The notes under the pieces: generated by a model
Database searches by the model: none
Told to the model about the DNA's origin: nothing
Seen by the model: the letters and a program-made list of their open reading frames with translations, nothing else
Part shown: in pieces, positions 7,848-20,683 of the stretch
Layout of the letters: the number at the start of each line of letters is the position of its first letter
Position numbering within the stretch: the first letter of the stretch is position 1
Program-made: the position numbers and the translations under genes
Assembly (NCBI RefSeq): GCF_036507355.1
Contig: NZ_AP027877.1
DNA from: Escherichia coli
Lineage (GTDB): Bacteria > Pseudomonadota > Gammaproteobacteria > Enterobacterales > Enterobacteriaceae
Reading direction: 5' to 3' (one strand)
Length of the DNA: 64,000 nt

Positions 7848-10520
7848 CTACAGCAAGCTCTTGACATAACTGTCAATGTCGCTGATGTATTTTTCTATTC
7901 CTGGAACATCCTTCTCACGAATCAGATGTTCCAGCGTTTCACATAACTGCTTGCCGGGTACCAGATTTAGCATGGCAAATACGCCTTTAAGACGATGAGC
8001 CGTTTGGGCTAACGCAGCAAAGTCACTGGTTGCTGCTTCAGTATACAGCCTCTTAACATCATCCGGTACTGTGTCTACAAAGAGCGCATAATAGCCGCTG
8101 GCATGGAGTTGCGCATTTTCATCTCCGCCCAGAGGCGATTCTGTCACCTCTTCCTGCGCCAGTTGCACTTCAATTAATTGTAAGACCGCTTCCTGCATAG
8201 CGTTGCTCATATTGAAGTTGACGCACAATTGACCAGGCCCAATTTCCCGTACGCCAGACTCATCATCGCTTAAAAGCAAGCCAGAGGCAGTAAGATTAGA
8301 CGGATTATCCGTTAAAAAGATATCATAATCTTGACTAATTAATCTTTCATCGGGTGTGATACAGGTTGCACCCCAATTTTCTAACTGGCGAGTGACAATA
8401 TTCCGAATTTCTGCCGAAGTAACATCCACCATTACGCAGACATCATCCAGTAAACGCTCTTCTTCCTCTTCAACTTCCGGGTCAGCTGCGAGCATTTTGA
8501 TATGCACAGAGTAGCGTGTACCAAGCCCATCCCGCGTTTTGATGTTTAAATGACCGCCCAGTTTACGTGCCAGTTGATCGCTCAGCCAGAATGCCAGCGG
8601 GTCCGCCTTGCCATAGCGATCGTTTTGGGTCTGGTTGATAAACGGGAAGTGCAAATTATCCATTTCATGAATGCTTACGCCTTCTCCGGTGTCCAGAATG
8701 CGGAACGTCAGGCGGTCTTCGGAGGACTCATCCTGATCAACCTCAAGGGTGATTTTTCCCAATTGCGTTGAGGTCACGGCATATTGCATCAGTAGCAGCA
8801 AAATACGTCGTAAGGCATCGCGATCGCCGCGGCGCATATCGTGTGCTTTCAGATGATTGTTAATCAGCAGTTGCAGACCTTTACGCTTGATGGCAGGCAA
8901 CACTGAAGGCACAACTTCATCAATTAAATCCTGCACGGAGAACAGCACCGTCTCACTTTTCCAGCTATCGTCCGCAAGCATGTTCGCTAACTGTATTTCA
9001 TCGGCCAGCCGCACCAGCACATCTGCCTGATTCGCCAGTTGTTTGCTTTCCGGGGCGTTGAGTTTAGCCGCGCTCTCCGCCAGGGACTGTGCAGGTTCTT
9101 TCAGCGCATCGCCAATGTTTTTCATAAAGGTCATCCGCCCCTGCTGGTTTTTCTCATACAGACGCTGCGCCTGCTTGAGTTTCTTGTTTACCAGCACTTC
9201 CCGATCCTGATCGCGAATAATGAAAATTTGTGTGCGCGGCGCGACCTGGCTGCGGAACATGCGGATCTCATACAGCTCGTTATTGATCGTCGCCTGAATA
9301 ATCCCCTGATGCTGTTCCGCCATGGTGGTGATGTTTTGCAGATTCAAATGCGGCAGCAAATGATCGGCAATTTTGTTACTTATGACTGTGCGGTTCGATT
9401 CCTGATCGTGAACCAGCAGGCCGAGCGGCAGCAGTGAGACTATCTCTTCATTGATTGCCCGTAAAATGCGCAATTCGTTATTGACCGCCGTGTTGGGTAG
9501 ACTTTCTGTACTGCGACTGGAGAAATGGCGGAATGTGGTATAGCCAAATAACGCCAGCGCCAGCAAACCGATGTTCAGCAGCAGTGGCAGCAGAATGTTT
9601 TGCAACGTATCCAGCAATAAGGTGCCATAAGGAACCTGCCAGACCAGTCGCATATCGGTAGAGTTGAGTGCCGAGGAGATTTCAATCTTCGTACTGTTAA
9701 AGTGGATACTGACGCTATCCGTCCCTTCTTTCTCATTATCATTGTCTCCCGTTGCCGTCGCGTCAGGCTCAAGGCGGAAACTGTCCAGCGGCATACCCGG
9801 TGGGATCAAATCATTAATCGGCAGATCAAAAGCCACGACCGTTGCCAGATGTCCCGGCTGGTTAAAGGTGGTACGCAAGGTAAAGTAATGACCGTTCTGC
9901 CAGGCCAGGCGGCGCATGTTAGAAAAGCTTTCGCGTTCATCGAGGGCGTTGGCCTGTTGCAACATCTCTGCACGACGTGAATCAACAATGTCGCTGACGG
10001 TCGATTCTTTAAATCCGGAGGTGAGATCTTTGAGGGGCAGGGTTGAGATCAGCACCAGACTGTTATCCTGACCATTCAGGTAATACATCGACCACGGTAC
10101 ATTTTCTGCACCCCACAATGTATCCAGATAAGTGGACATCCGCTGAGTCATCTCAAGCGTTGAGTTGTCGTGAGAGCCAAAGATTAACGCTTCCGTTTTG
10201 CGGCGTGGTTTCTCCAGATAGTAGACATCCTGTTTCAGGCGCGTCTCTTGTAAACCTTCGCCGGAGGAGGGGGAGGTCGTCGCGGCAATGTTGTCGTAGA
10301 TCTGCCAGGTCACGTAACGCCAGGTATCGACGCGCTTTTGGATTGCGTGGGTAATGTCGACAATCTGGTAACTTTTATCTTTCAGCCAGGCGTTAACGGC
10401 GCTTTGTACCATTACACCCATCGTCACCAGTAACACAATGATCAACAGTAAAAAGAAGCGGGTAATGCTCCCCGGTAGGAGTGAAAAGCGGGTCGTGGCC
10501 GTTGTCTCTTTCTGACGCAT
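7848..10520 (-). CDS. rcsD: phosphotransfer intermediate protein RcsD (890 aa)
   Basis: ORF track; large membrane-anchored HK-like protein with C-terminal HPt domain, 16 bp upstream of rcsB. Confidence 0.9.
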   Translation of the reverse strand: MRQKETTATTRFSLLPGSITRFFLLLIIVLLVTMGVMVQSAVNAWLKDKSYQIVDITHAIQKRVDTWRYVTWQIYDNIAATTSPSSGEGLQETRLKQDVYYLEKPRRKTEALIFGSHDNSTLEMTQRMSTYLDTLWGAENVPWSMYYLNGQDNSLVLISTLPLKDLTSGFKESTVSDIVDSRRAEMLQQANALDERESFSNMRRLAWQNGHYFTLRTTFNQPGHLATVVAFDLPINDLIPPGMPLDSFRLEPDATATGDNDNEKEGTDSVSIHFNSTKIEISSALNSTDMRLVWQVPYGTLLLDTLQNILLPLLLNIGLLALALFGYTTFRHFSSRSTESLPNTAVNNELRILRAINEEIVSLLPLGLLVHDQESNRTVISNKIADHLLPHLNLQNITTMAEQHQGIIQATINNELYEIRMFRSQVAPRTQIFIIRDQDREVLVNKKLKQAQRLYEKNQQGRMTFMKNIGDALKEPAQSLAESAAKLNAPESKQLANQADVLVRLADEIQLANMLADDSWKSETVLFSVQDLIDEVVPSVLPAIKRKGLQLLINNHLKAHDMRRGDRDALRRILLLLMQYAVTSTQLGKITLEVDQDESSEDRLTFRILDTGEGVSIHEMDNLHFPFINQTQNDRYGKADPLAFWLSDQLARKLGGHLNIKTRDGLGTRYSVHIKMLAADPEVEEEEERLLDDVCVMVDVTSAEIRNIVTRQLENWGATCITPDERLISQDYDIFLTDNPSNLTASGLLLSDDESGVREIGPGQLCVNFNMSNAMQEAVLQLIEVQLAQEEVTESPLGGDENAQLHASGYYALFVDTVPDDVKRLYTEAATSDFAALAQTAHRLKGVFAMLNLVPGKQLCETLEHLIREKDVPGIEKYISDIDSYVKSLL

Positions 10521-10831
10521 TCGTGTTTATGACCTGTTAAAACTTCGCGAAGTGATAGGGCAGTATAAAGGGTACAGTGTGAAATTCCAGACTCTTACCT
10601 GATTGATGATTCTCTATTCTCCTGTGATATTTATCATCCTGTATGGGGGGAAATAGATGTACAAGCGCCATTTTGCTGTACAAATAACCTACGAAAAGCC
10701 CAACGAAATTAATTGCAAATAAACGAAAATTGCTGGAAATTATGCTGATGTTAATTATTTGTGAAATAGTTAACAAGCGTTATAGTTTTTCTCTGGTAGC
10801 ACAGAATAATGAAAAGTGTGTAAAGAAGGGT

Positions 10832-10924
10832 AAAAAAAACCGGATGCGAGGCATCCGGTTGAAATAGGGGTAAACAGACATTCAGAAATGAATGACGGTA
10901 ATAAATAAAGTTAATGATGATAGC
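10832..10924 (-). ncRNA. micF: MicF antisense sRNA
   Basis: Minus strand reads GCTATCATCATTAACTTTATTTATTACCGTCATTCATTTCTGAATGTCTGTTTACCCCTATTTCAACCGGATGCCTCGCATCCGGTTTTTTTT with terminal hairpin and U-run; divergent from ompC. Confidence 0.85.
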
Positions 10925-11243
10925 GGGAGTTATTCTAGTTGCGAGTGAAGGTTTTGTTTTGACATTCAGTGCTGTCAAATACTTAAGAATAAGTTATTGA
11001 TTTTAACCTTGAATTATTATTGCTTGATGTTAGGTGCTTATTTCGCCATTCCGCAATAATCTTAAAAAGTTCCCTTGCATTTACATTTTGAAACATCTAT
11101 AGCGATAAATGAAACATCTTAAAAGTTTTAGTATCATATTCGTGTTGGATTATTCTGCATTTTTGGGGAGAATGGACTTGCCGACTGATTAATGAGGGTT
11201 AATCAGTATGCAGTGGCATAAAAAAGCAAATAAAGGCATATAA

Positions 11244-12362
<1,119 letters not shown>

Positions 12363-12380
12363 TCTCGATGGATATCGAAC

Positions 12381-12403
12381 AAAGGGCCTGCGGGCCCTTT
12401 TTT
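12381..12403 (+). terminator. rho-independent terminator of ompC (GGGCC-TGCG-GGCCC then TTTTTT)
   Basis: GC hairpin followed by T-run 19 nt after the ompC stop. Confidence 0.8.
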
Positions 12404-12473
12404 CATTGTTTTCAGCGTACAAACTCAGTTTTTTGGTGTACTCTTGCGACCGTTCGCATGAGGATAATCACGT

Positions 12474-13529
12474 ATGGAAATAAGCTTTACCCGCGTGGCA
12501 CTGCTGGCTGCCGCGCTCTTCTTTGTTGGTTGCGATCAAAAACCACAACCCGCCAAAACCCACGCTACTGAAGTTACCGTTCTTGAAGGCAAAACCATGG
12601 GTACCTTCTGGCGTGCCAGCATCCCGGGCATTGATGCCAAACGCAGTGCCGAACTTAAAGAAAAGATTCAGACCCAGCTGGACGCCGACGATCAGCTGCT
12701 TTCGACCTATAAAAAAGATTCCGCGCTGATGCGCTTTAACGACTCGCAAAGTTTGTCGCCGTGGCCGGTAAGTGAAGCGATGGCCGATATCGTCACCACC
12801 TCGCTGCGCATTGGCGCAAGGACCGATGGTGCGATGGATATAACCGTCGGGCCGCTGGTGAATCTGTGGGGCTTTGGCCCGGAACAACAGCCGGTTCAAA
12901 TTCCGAGCCAGGAACAGATCGATGCGATGAAAGCCAAAACCGGCTTACAGCACCTGACGGTCATTAATCAGTCGCATCAGCAATATCTGCAAAAAGACCT
13001 GCCGGATTTATATGTCGATCTCTCCACCGTCGGTGAAGGTTATGCGGCGGATCACCTGGCACGCTTGATGGAGCAGGAAGGGATTTCCCGCTATCTGGTG
13101 TCGGTGGGCGGCGCGCTGAACAGCCGTGGTATGAACGGTGAAGGCCTGCCGTGGCGGGTAGCGATTCAAAAACCAACCGATAAAGAAAACGCGGTTCAGG
13201 CTGTGGTGGATATCAACGGTCATGGGATTAGCACCTCTGGCAGCTACCGTAACTATTACGAACTGGACGGCAAACGTCTTTCCCATGTTATCGATCCGCA
13301 AACCGGGCGTCCCATCGAACACAATCTGGTATCCGTGACGGTGATTGCTCCGACGGCGCTGGAAGCCGATGCCTGGGATACTGGCTTGATGGTACTCGGG
13401 CCGGAGAAAGCCAAAGAGGTTGTTCGCCGGGAAGGGCTGGCGGTTTATATGATCACCAAAGAAGGCGATAGCTTTAAAACCTGGATGTCACCACAGTTTA
13501 AAAGCTTCCTTGTCAGCGAAAAAAATTAA
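12474..13529 (+). CDS. apbE: FAD:protein FMN transferase ApbE/Ftp lipoprotein (351 aa)
   Basis: ORF track; lipobox LFFVGC near N-terminus; synteny ompC-apbE-ada. Confidence 0.9.
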   Translation: MEISFTRVALLAAALFFVGCDQKPQPAKTHATEVTVLEGKTMGTFWRASIPGIDAKRSAELKEKIQTQLDADDQLLSTYKKDSALMRFNDSQSLSPWPVSEAMADIVTTSLRIGARTDGAMDITVGPLVNLWGFGPEQQPVQIPSQEQIDAMKAKTGLQHLTVINQSHQQYLQKDLPDLYVDLSTVGEGYAADHLARLMEQEGISRYLVSVGGALNSRGMNGEGLPWRVAIQKPTDKENAVQAVVDINGHGISTSGSYRNYYELDGKRLSHVIDPQTGRPIEHNLVSVTVIAPTALEADAWDTGLMVLGPEKAKEVVRREGLAVYMITKEGDSFKTWMSPQFKSFLVSEKN

Positions 13530-13535
13530 AGCGCA
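13523..13535 (+). promoter_or_regulatory. Ada box (AAT-N6-GCAA; AATTAAAGCGCAA) in the ada promoter
   Basis: AAAGCGCA motif read at 13528-13535, about 70 bp upstream of the ada start codon. Confidence 0.6.
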
Positions 13536-13602
13536 AGATTGTTGGTTTTTGCGTGATGGTGACCGGGCAGACTAAAGGCTATCCTTAACCAGGGAGCTGA
13601 TT

Positions 13603-14667
13603 ATGAAAAACGCCACATGCTTAACTGACGATCAACGCTGGCAATCTGTCTTAGCCCGCGACCCGAATGCCGACGGCGAATTCGTTTTCGCCGTGCGCAC
13701 CACAGGCATCTTTTGCCGTCCGTCTTGCCGCGCCAGACATGCCTTGCGGGAAAATGTCTCCTTCTACGCAAATGCCAGCGAGGCACTCGCCGCTGGATTT
13801 CGCCCCTGCAAACGCTGCCAACCTGATAAAGCCAATGCCCAGCAACATCGGTTGGATAAAATCACCCACGCGTGTCGACTGCTGGAACAGGAAACGCCTG
13901 TAACGTTGGAAGCCTTAGCCGACCAGGTGGCGATGAGTCCATTTCATCTACATCGGTTGTTTAAAGCGACTACCGGAATGACGCCTAAAGCCTGGCAACA
14001 GGCCTGGCGCGCTCGCCGTTTGCGCGAATCGCTGGCGAAAGGGGAGAGCGTGACGACGTCTATTCTTAACGCCGGATTCCCCGACAGCAGCAGTTACTAC
14101 CGCAAAGCCGATGAAACGCTGGGCATGACGGCTAAACAATTCCGTCACGGTGGCGAAAATCTGGCGGTGCGTTACGCGCTGGCTGATTGTGCGCTGGGGC
14201 GTTGCCTGGTGGCAGAAAGCGAGCGGGGGATTTGCGCGATATTGCTGGGCGATGATGACGCGACACTAATCAGCGAGTTGCAGCAGATGTTTCCCGCTGC
14301 CGACAACGCGCCTGCCGATCTGACGTTTCAGCAACATGTGCGTGAAGTGATCGCCAGCCTCAATCAACGCGATACGCCGCTGACGTTACCGCTGGATATT
14401 CGCGGCACTGCTTTTCAGCAACAAGTCTGGCAGGCACTGCGCACGATACCTTGCGGTGAAACCGTCAGTTATCAGCAACTGGCTAACGCCATCGGCAAAC
14501 CGAAAGCGGTACGGGCCGTTGCCAGCGCCTGTGCCGCCAACAAGCTGGCTATCGTAATTCCCTGTCATCGAGTGGTCCGTGGTGATGGCACACTTTCCGG
14601 TTACCGCTGGGGCGTGTCGCGTAAAGCGCAACTGCTGCGCCGCGAAGCTGAAAATGAGGAGAGGTAA
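13603..14667 (+). CDS. ada: Ada bifunctional regulator / O6-methylguanine-DNA methyltransferase (354 aa)
   Basis: ORF track; N-terminal Cys4 zinc site (FCRPSCRAR), AraC-type HTH, C-terminal PCHRV active site. Confidence 0.93.
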   Translation: MKNATCLTDDQRWQSVLARDPNADGEFVFAVRTTGIFCRPSCRARHALRENVSFYANASEALAAGFRPCKRCQPDKANAQQHRLDKITHACRLLEQETPVTLEALADQVAMSPFHLHRLFKATTGMTPKAWQQAWRARRLRESLAKGESVTTSILNAGFPDSSSYYRKADETLGMTAKQFRHGGENLAVRYALADCALGRCLVAESERGICAILLGDDDATLISELQQMFPAADNAPADLTFQQHVREVIASLNQRDTPLTLPLDIRGTAFQQQVWQALRTIPCGETVSYQQLANAIGKPKAVRAVASACAANKLAIVIPCHRVVRGDGTLSGYRWGVSRKAQLLRREAENEER

Positions 14668-15317
14668 TGTTGGATCTGTTTGCCGATGCTGAACCGTGGC
14701 AAGAGCCACTGGCGGCTGGTGCGGTAATTTTACGGCGTTTTGCTTTTAACGCTGCAGAGCAACTAATCCGCGATATTAATGACGTTGCCAGCCAGTCGCC
14801 GTTTCGCCAGATGGTCACCCCCGGGGGATATACCATGTCGGTGGCGATGACCAACTGTGGGCATCTGGGCTGGACGACCCATCGGCAAGGTTATCTCTAT
14901 TCGCCCATTGATCCGCAAACAAATAAACCGTGGCCCGCCATGCCGCAGAGTTTTCATAATTTATGTCAACGTGCGGCTACGGCGGCGGGCTATCCAGATT
15001 TCCAGCCAGATGCTTGTCTTATCAACCGCTACGCTCCTGGCGCGAAACTGTCGCTGCATCAGGATAAAGACGAACCGGATCTGCGCGCGCCAATTGTTTC
15101 TGTTTCTCTGGGCTTACCCGCGATTTTTCAATTTGGCGGCCTGAAACGAAATGATCCGCTAAAAAGATTGTTGTTGGAACATGGCGATGTGGTGGTATGG
15201 GGCGGTGAATCGCGGCTGTTTTATCACGGTATTCAACCGTTGAAAGCGGGGTTTCATCCACTCACCACCGACTGCCGCTACAACCTGACATTCCGTCAGG
15301 CAGGTAAAAAAGAATAA
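14667..15317 (+). CDS. alkB: alpha-ketoglutarate-dependent dioxygenase AlkB (216 aa)
   Basis: ORF track; start overlaps ada stop (TAATG). Confidence 0.93.
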   Translation: MLDLFADAEPWQEPLAAGAVILRRFAFNAAEQLIRDINDVASQSPFRQMVTPGGYTMSVAMTNCGHLGWTTHRQGYLYSPIDPQTNKPWPAMPQSFHNLCQRAATAAGYPDFQPDACLINRYAPGAKLSLHQDKDEPDLRAPIVSVSLGLPAIFQFGGLKRNDPLKRLLLEHGDVVVWGGESRLFYHGIQPLKAGFHPLTTDCRYNLTFRQAGKKE

Positions 15318-15392
15318 AAATAAGAATTATTATTGCTGTGCGCGCGAAGATGTTTAAACTGCGGGCTGTAATTCATTGTCCGGGTTTTCTGC

Positions 15393-17036
15393 ATGGAACT
15401 TCTTGTACTTGTCTGGCGGCAGTATCGCTGGCCATTTATCAGTGTGATGGCGCTAAGCCTCGCCAGTGCGGCATTAGGCATTGGCTTAATTGCTTTTATC
15501 AATCAGCGCCTTATCGAAACGGCGGATACCAGTCTGCTGGTGTTGCCGGAGTTTCTGGGATTATTGCTGCTGTTGATGGCAGTCACTCTCGGATCGCAAC
15601 TGGCGCTCACCACTTTGGGGCATCACTTCGTTTACCGACTGCGTAGTGAATTTATCAAGCGGATTCTGGATACCCACGTCGAGCGCATTGAACAACTCGG
15701 TAGCGCCTCGTTGCTGGCGGGATTAACCAGCGATGTGCGCAATATCACCATTGCTTTTGTGCGTCTGCCGGAACTTGTGCAGGGGATCATTCTCACTATC
15801 GGTTCCGCGGCGTATCTGTGGATGCTGTCGGGCAAAATGCTGCTGGTAACGGCTATCTGGATGGCGATCACCATCTGGGGCGGTTTTTTGCTGGTGGCGC
15901 GGGTGTACAAACATATGGCGACCCTGCGTGAAACCGAAGACAAGCTGTATACGGATTTTCAAACTGTACTTGAAGGGCGCAAAGAGCTGACTCTGAACCG
16001 GGAACGCGCCGAGTATGTGTTTAACAACCTCTACATTCCTGATGCGCAAGAGTATCGCCATCATATTATTCGCGCAGACACCTTCCATCTTAGTGCCGTG
16101 AACTGGTCAAACATCATGATGCTGGGCGCAATCGGCCTGGTGTTCTGGATGGCGAACAGTCTCGGTTGGGCTGATACCAACGTTGCCGCGACCTATTCGT
16201 TGACGCTGTTATTCCTGCGTACGCCGCTGCTTTCGGCGGTTGGCGCATTACCGACGCTGTTGACGGCGCAGGTGGCGTTTAACAAGCTGAACAAATTCGC
16301 ACTCGCGCCTTTCAAAGCGGAATTTCCGCGTCCGCAGGCGTTTCCCAACTGGCAAACGCTGGAGTTGCGTAACGTTACGTTTGCTTATCAGGATAACGCA
16401 TTTTCCGTTGGGCCGATTAACCTCACTATCAAACGTGGCGAACTGCTGTTTCTTATTGGCGGCAACGGTAGCGGAAAATCTACGCTGGCGATGTTGCTGA
16501 CGGGGTTGTATCAGCCGCAAAGCGGCGAAATCTTGCTGGATGGCAAACCTGTCAGCGGCGAACAACCGGAAGATTATCGCAAACTGTTTTCGGCAGTATT
16601 TACCGATGCCTGGCTGTTTGATCAGTTGCTGGGGCCAGAGGGAAAACCGGCTAACCCGCAACTGGTTGAGAAGTGGCTGACGCAGTTGAAAATGGCTCAT
16701 AAACTTGAGTTAAATAACGGGCGTATTCTTAACCTCAGGTTATCGAAAGGCCAGAAAAAACGCGTAGCGCTGTTGCTGGCTTTAGCAGAAGAACGAGATA
16801 TTATTCTGCTTGATGAATGGGCGGCGGACCAGGACCCGCATTTCCGTCGTGAGTTTTATCAGGTACTGTTGCCGCTGATGCAGGAGATGGGTAAAACCAT
16901 ATTCGCCATTAGTCATGACGATCATTACTTTATCCACGCTGACCGCCTGCTGGAGATGCGCAGTGGGCAACTGAGTGAACTGACTGGTGCGGAGCGTGAC
17001 GCAGCTTCCCGCGACGCAGTTGCACGTACTGCGTGA
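15393..17036 (+). CDS. yojI: ABC transporter YojI, fused permease/ATPase (547 aa)
   Basis: ORF track; TM domain then Walker [10 protein letters not shown] and ABC signature. Confidence 0.9.
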   Translation: MELLVLVWRQYRWPFISVMALSLASAALGIGLIAFINQRLIETADTSLLVLPEFLGLLLLLMAVTLGSQLALTTLGHHFVYRLRSEFIKRILDTHVERIEQLGSASLLAGLTSDVRNITIAFVRLPELVQGIILTIGSAAYLWMLSGKMLLVTAIWMAITIWGGFLLVARVYKHMATLRETEDKLYTDFQTVLEGRKELTLNRERAEYVFNNLYIPDAQEYRHHIIRADTFHLSAVNWSNIMMLGAIGLVFWMANSLGWADTNVAATYSLTLLFLRTPLLSAVGALPTLLTAQVAFNKLNKFALAPFKAEFPRPQAFPNWQTLELRNVTFAYQDNAFSVGPINLTIKRGELLFLIGGNGSGKSTLAMLLTGLYQPQSGEILLDGKPVSGEQPEDYRKLFSAVFTDAWLFDQLLGPEGKPANPQLVEKWLTQLKMAHKLELNNGRILNLRLSKGQKKRVALLLALAEERDIILLDEWAADQDPHFRREFYQVLLPLMQEMGKTIFAISHDDHYFIHADRLLEMRSGQLSELTGAERDAASRDAVARTA

Positions 17037-17175
17037 TGTTCTGTTCCAGCCTGGCGGCGTTCTGCCGCCAGGTAAATATCCTGAAAATCCCGCCTTTGCA
17101 ATGCCCTTATAATTTATCAACGAAATTATAATGTTTCTAAAATTAGAATATAATTTATAAACATTATTTAAATGT

Positions 17176-17191
17176 TGTTACTTAAGTGTTA
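17176..17191 (+). promoter_or_regulatory. candidate ArcA-type direct repeat (TGTTA ... TGTTA, 11-bp spacing) in the mqo upstream region
   Basis: TGTTA at 17176-17180 and 17187-17191, about 60-75 bp upstream of the mqo ATG, inside an AT-rich stretch. Confidence 0.4.
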
Positions 17192-17239
17192 CCGTTGATG
17201 CCGCGCAAATCTCACCTGCAATAAAGCGACTAAAAGTAA

Positions 17240-18898
<1,659 letters not shown>

Positions 18899-18899
18899 T

Positions 18900-19035
18900 G
18901 ATGTGCCACATCCGGCATGGTATGCCGGATGTGGCGTATGCTGATAAGACGCGCCAGCGTCGCATCAGGCAACCGGCTCGGGCGTTAGATGCGGCGTAAC
19001 CGCCTTATCCAACCTATGGGGTGCCGCACTTCACG
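18900..19035. repeat. REP element cluster between mqo and eco
   Basis: Imperfect palindromes of the GCCGGATG...CATCCGGC / CGCCTTATCC type read directly. Confidence 0.7.
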
Positions 19036-19040
19036 GCAGT

Positions 19041-19529
19041 TTAGCGAACTACCGCGTTGTCAATTTTCTCTTCCGCCTTCCAGACGCGGTACTTCACATC
19101 TACATTGTCTGGCGTATACACCACGATCGGCAGCTTGCTGTTGTAACGCAGCATTCCAGCATCGCCCAGATACGCGGTGACAAATTTCTTCTCTTTCTTG
19201 CCATCCGGGCAGGCCATCATCGTGGAAACCGGCGAGCTAACTTTATCAAAGACATAATAATCATAGCCCCAGCCTTCCAGCGTTTTGTTTTCCAGCTTCC
19301 CGCCGAGACGATGCAAATTGCAATCGACTTCCAGCGTCTGACCGATTAACAGTTCTACTTTCAGGGTAGATTCATCTTCTTGCGGGGTTAACTGAATCAC
19401 CTGACGCTTCATGCCTTTTTCAGCTTGTGGATAAGGCGCGATTTTTTCCAGTGGCTGGACGCTCTCTGCCGCCCAGGCGGAAGTGGTGGCGAAAGCGGCA
19501 AACAATACTGCAGGTAGAATGGTCTTCAT
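19041..19529 (-). CDS. eco: ecotin, periplasmic serine protease inhibitor (162 aa)
   Basis: ORF track; signal peptide and characteristic ecotin sequence. Confidence 0.93.
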
Positions 19530-19787
19530 TTTTTGCTTTCCTTCTTCATTTATAGGTTTGCACCGATGATGTCGCTGAAGGTTAACATATTCATCAGATT
19601 TATTAATTTGCTTTATGAATAACTTAAAGAATATTCAGACAATTTTACCTGCTCTTTTAGTGTTAAATTCTGATGAGAGAACAAACCAGCAGAAATATCT
19701 CTGGTGAATTAATCGCTATATAAATATATTTATAACCATTTGAAATGTGAGCAAAAGCCCGTTTTTGCCACGCTTCCCGCCACTCTT

Positions 19788-19822
19788 TTGATCCTGCTAC
19801 AGGTTTTACCTCGATCGGGGTA
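19788..19822 (+). promoter_or_regulatory. napF promoter control region: degenerate FNR-like site (TTGAT-N4-CTACA, 19788-19801) and NarP/NarL 7-2-7 heptamer pair (TACCTCG-AT-CGGGGTA, 19807-19822)
   Basis: Motifs read directly; the two centres are 20 bp apart, as expected for the known -64.5/-44.5 napF architecture. Confidence 0.55.
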
Positions 19823-19935
19823 TGCATCTTTGACACATCCTTTAATATCTTAGCGGCTATAAAAATGGCTTATTAATTATGCGGTTTATTTGGTCGCTCT
19901 CAATTTTCAGAGCGCGTTAATGATGGAAGGTCAAT

Positions 19936-20430
19936 GTGAAGATTGATGCATCCCGTCGGGGCATACTCACTGGTCGCTGGCGCAAAGCCAGTAACGGTAT
20001 CCGTCCGCCCTGGTCCGGTGATGAATCTCATTTTCTGACCCATTGCACCCGCTGCGACGCCTGTATTAATGCTTGTGAAAACAACATTCTGCAACGCGGC
20101 GCGGGCGGCTATCCGAGCGTTAATTTCAAAAATAACGAGTGCAGCTTCTGTTACGCCTGCGCGCAGGCTTGCCCCGAATCGCTATTTTCTCCGCGCCACA
20201 CCAGGGCCTGGGATTTGCAGTTCACCATTGGGGACGCGTGCCTGGCGTATCAGTCAGTTGAATGCCGCCGCTGTCAGGATAGCTGTGAGCCAATGGCAAT
20301 TATCTTTCGCCCGACGCTCTCCGGGATCTACCAGCCGCAACTTAATAGCCAACTTTGCAACGGATGTGGAGCATGTGCAGCCAGCTGTCCGGTATCAGCC
20401 ATAACTGCGGAGTATCTCCATGCACACTAA
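19936..20430 (+). CDS. napF: ferredoxin-type protein NapF (164 aa)
   Basis: ORF track; multiple CxxCxxCxxxCP 4Fe-4S motifs. Confidence 0.92.
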   Translation: MKIDASRRGILTGRWRKASNGIRPPWSGDESHFLTHCTRCDACINACENNILQRGAGGYPSVNFKNNECSFCYACAQACPESLFSPRHTRAWDLQFTIGDACLAYQSVECRRCQDSCEPMAIIFRPTLSGIYQPQLNSQLCNGCGACAASCPVSAITAEYLHAH

Positions 20431-20683
20431 CTGGCAAGTTTGCAGCCTGGTCGTGCAGGCCAAAAGCGAACGAATTTCAGACATCAGCACCCAACTGAAC
20501 GCCTTTCCCGGCTGTGAAGTTGCTGCCAGCGACGCGCCGAGCGGTCAGTTGATTGTGGTGGTGGAAGCAGAAGACAGCGAAACGCTGATCCAAACCATTG
20601 AGTCAGTACGCAACGTAGAGGGCGTGCTGGCGGTGTCGCTGGTTTATCACCAGCAGGAAGAGCAAGGTGAGGAAACACCATGA
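20420..20683 (+). CDS. napD: NapA chaperone NapD (87 aa)
   Basis: ORF track; overlaps napF end and napA start. Confidence 0.9.
   Translation: MHTNWQVCSLVVQAKSERISDISTQLNAFPGCEVAASDAPSGQLIVVVEAEDSETLIQTIESVRNVEGVLAVSLVYHQQEEQGEETP

Noticed and set aside
7181-7876. N-terminally extended versions of several genes in the ORF track (rcsB 231 aa, narP 225 aa, ccmC 253 aa, napB 156 aa, yejF 545 aa, lpxT 249 aa, yeiQ 491 aa, yeiP 275 aa, rplY 126 aa, yeiW 128 aa, yejA 606 aa)
   Set aside because: The track takes the longest ORF, including GTG/TTG starts; in each case an internal ATG gives the N-terminus of the known protein, so the shorter coordinates were used
19843-19848. Assigning exact -35/-10 hexamers for napF, psuK and several other promoters
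   Set aside because: Candidate hexamers (for example TAATAT at 19843-19848, TTGACA at 63678-63683) do not have convincing 17-bp partners; left unannotated rather than guessed
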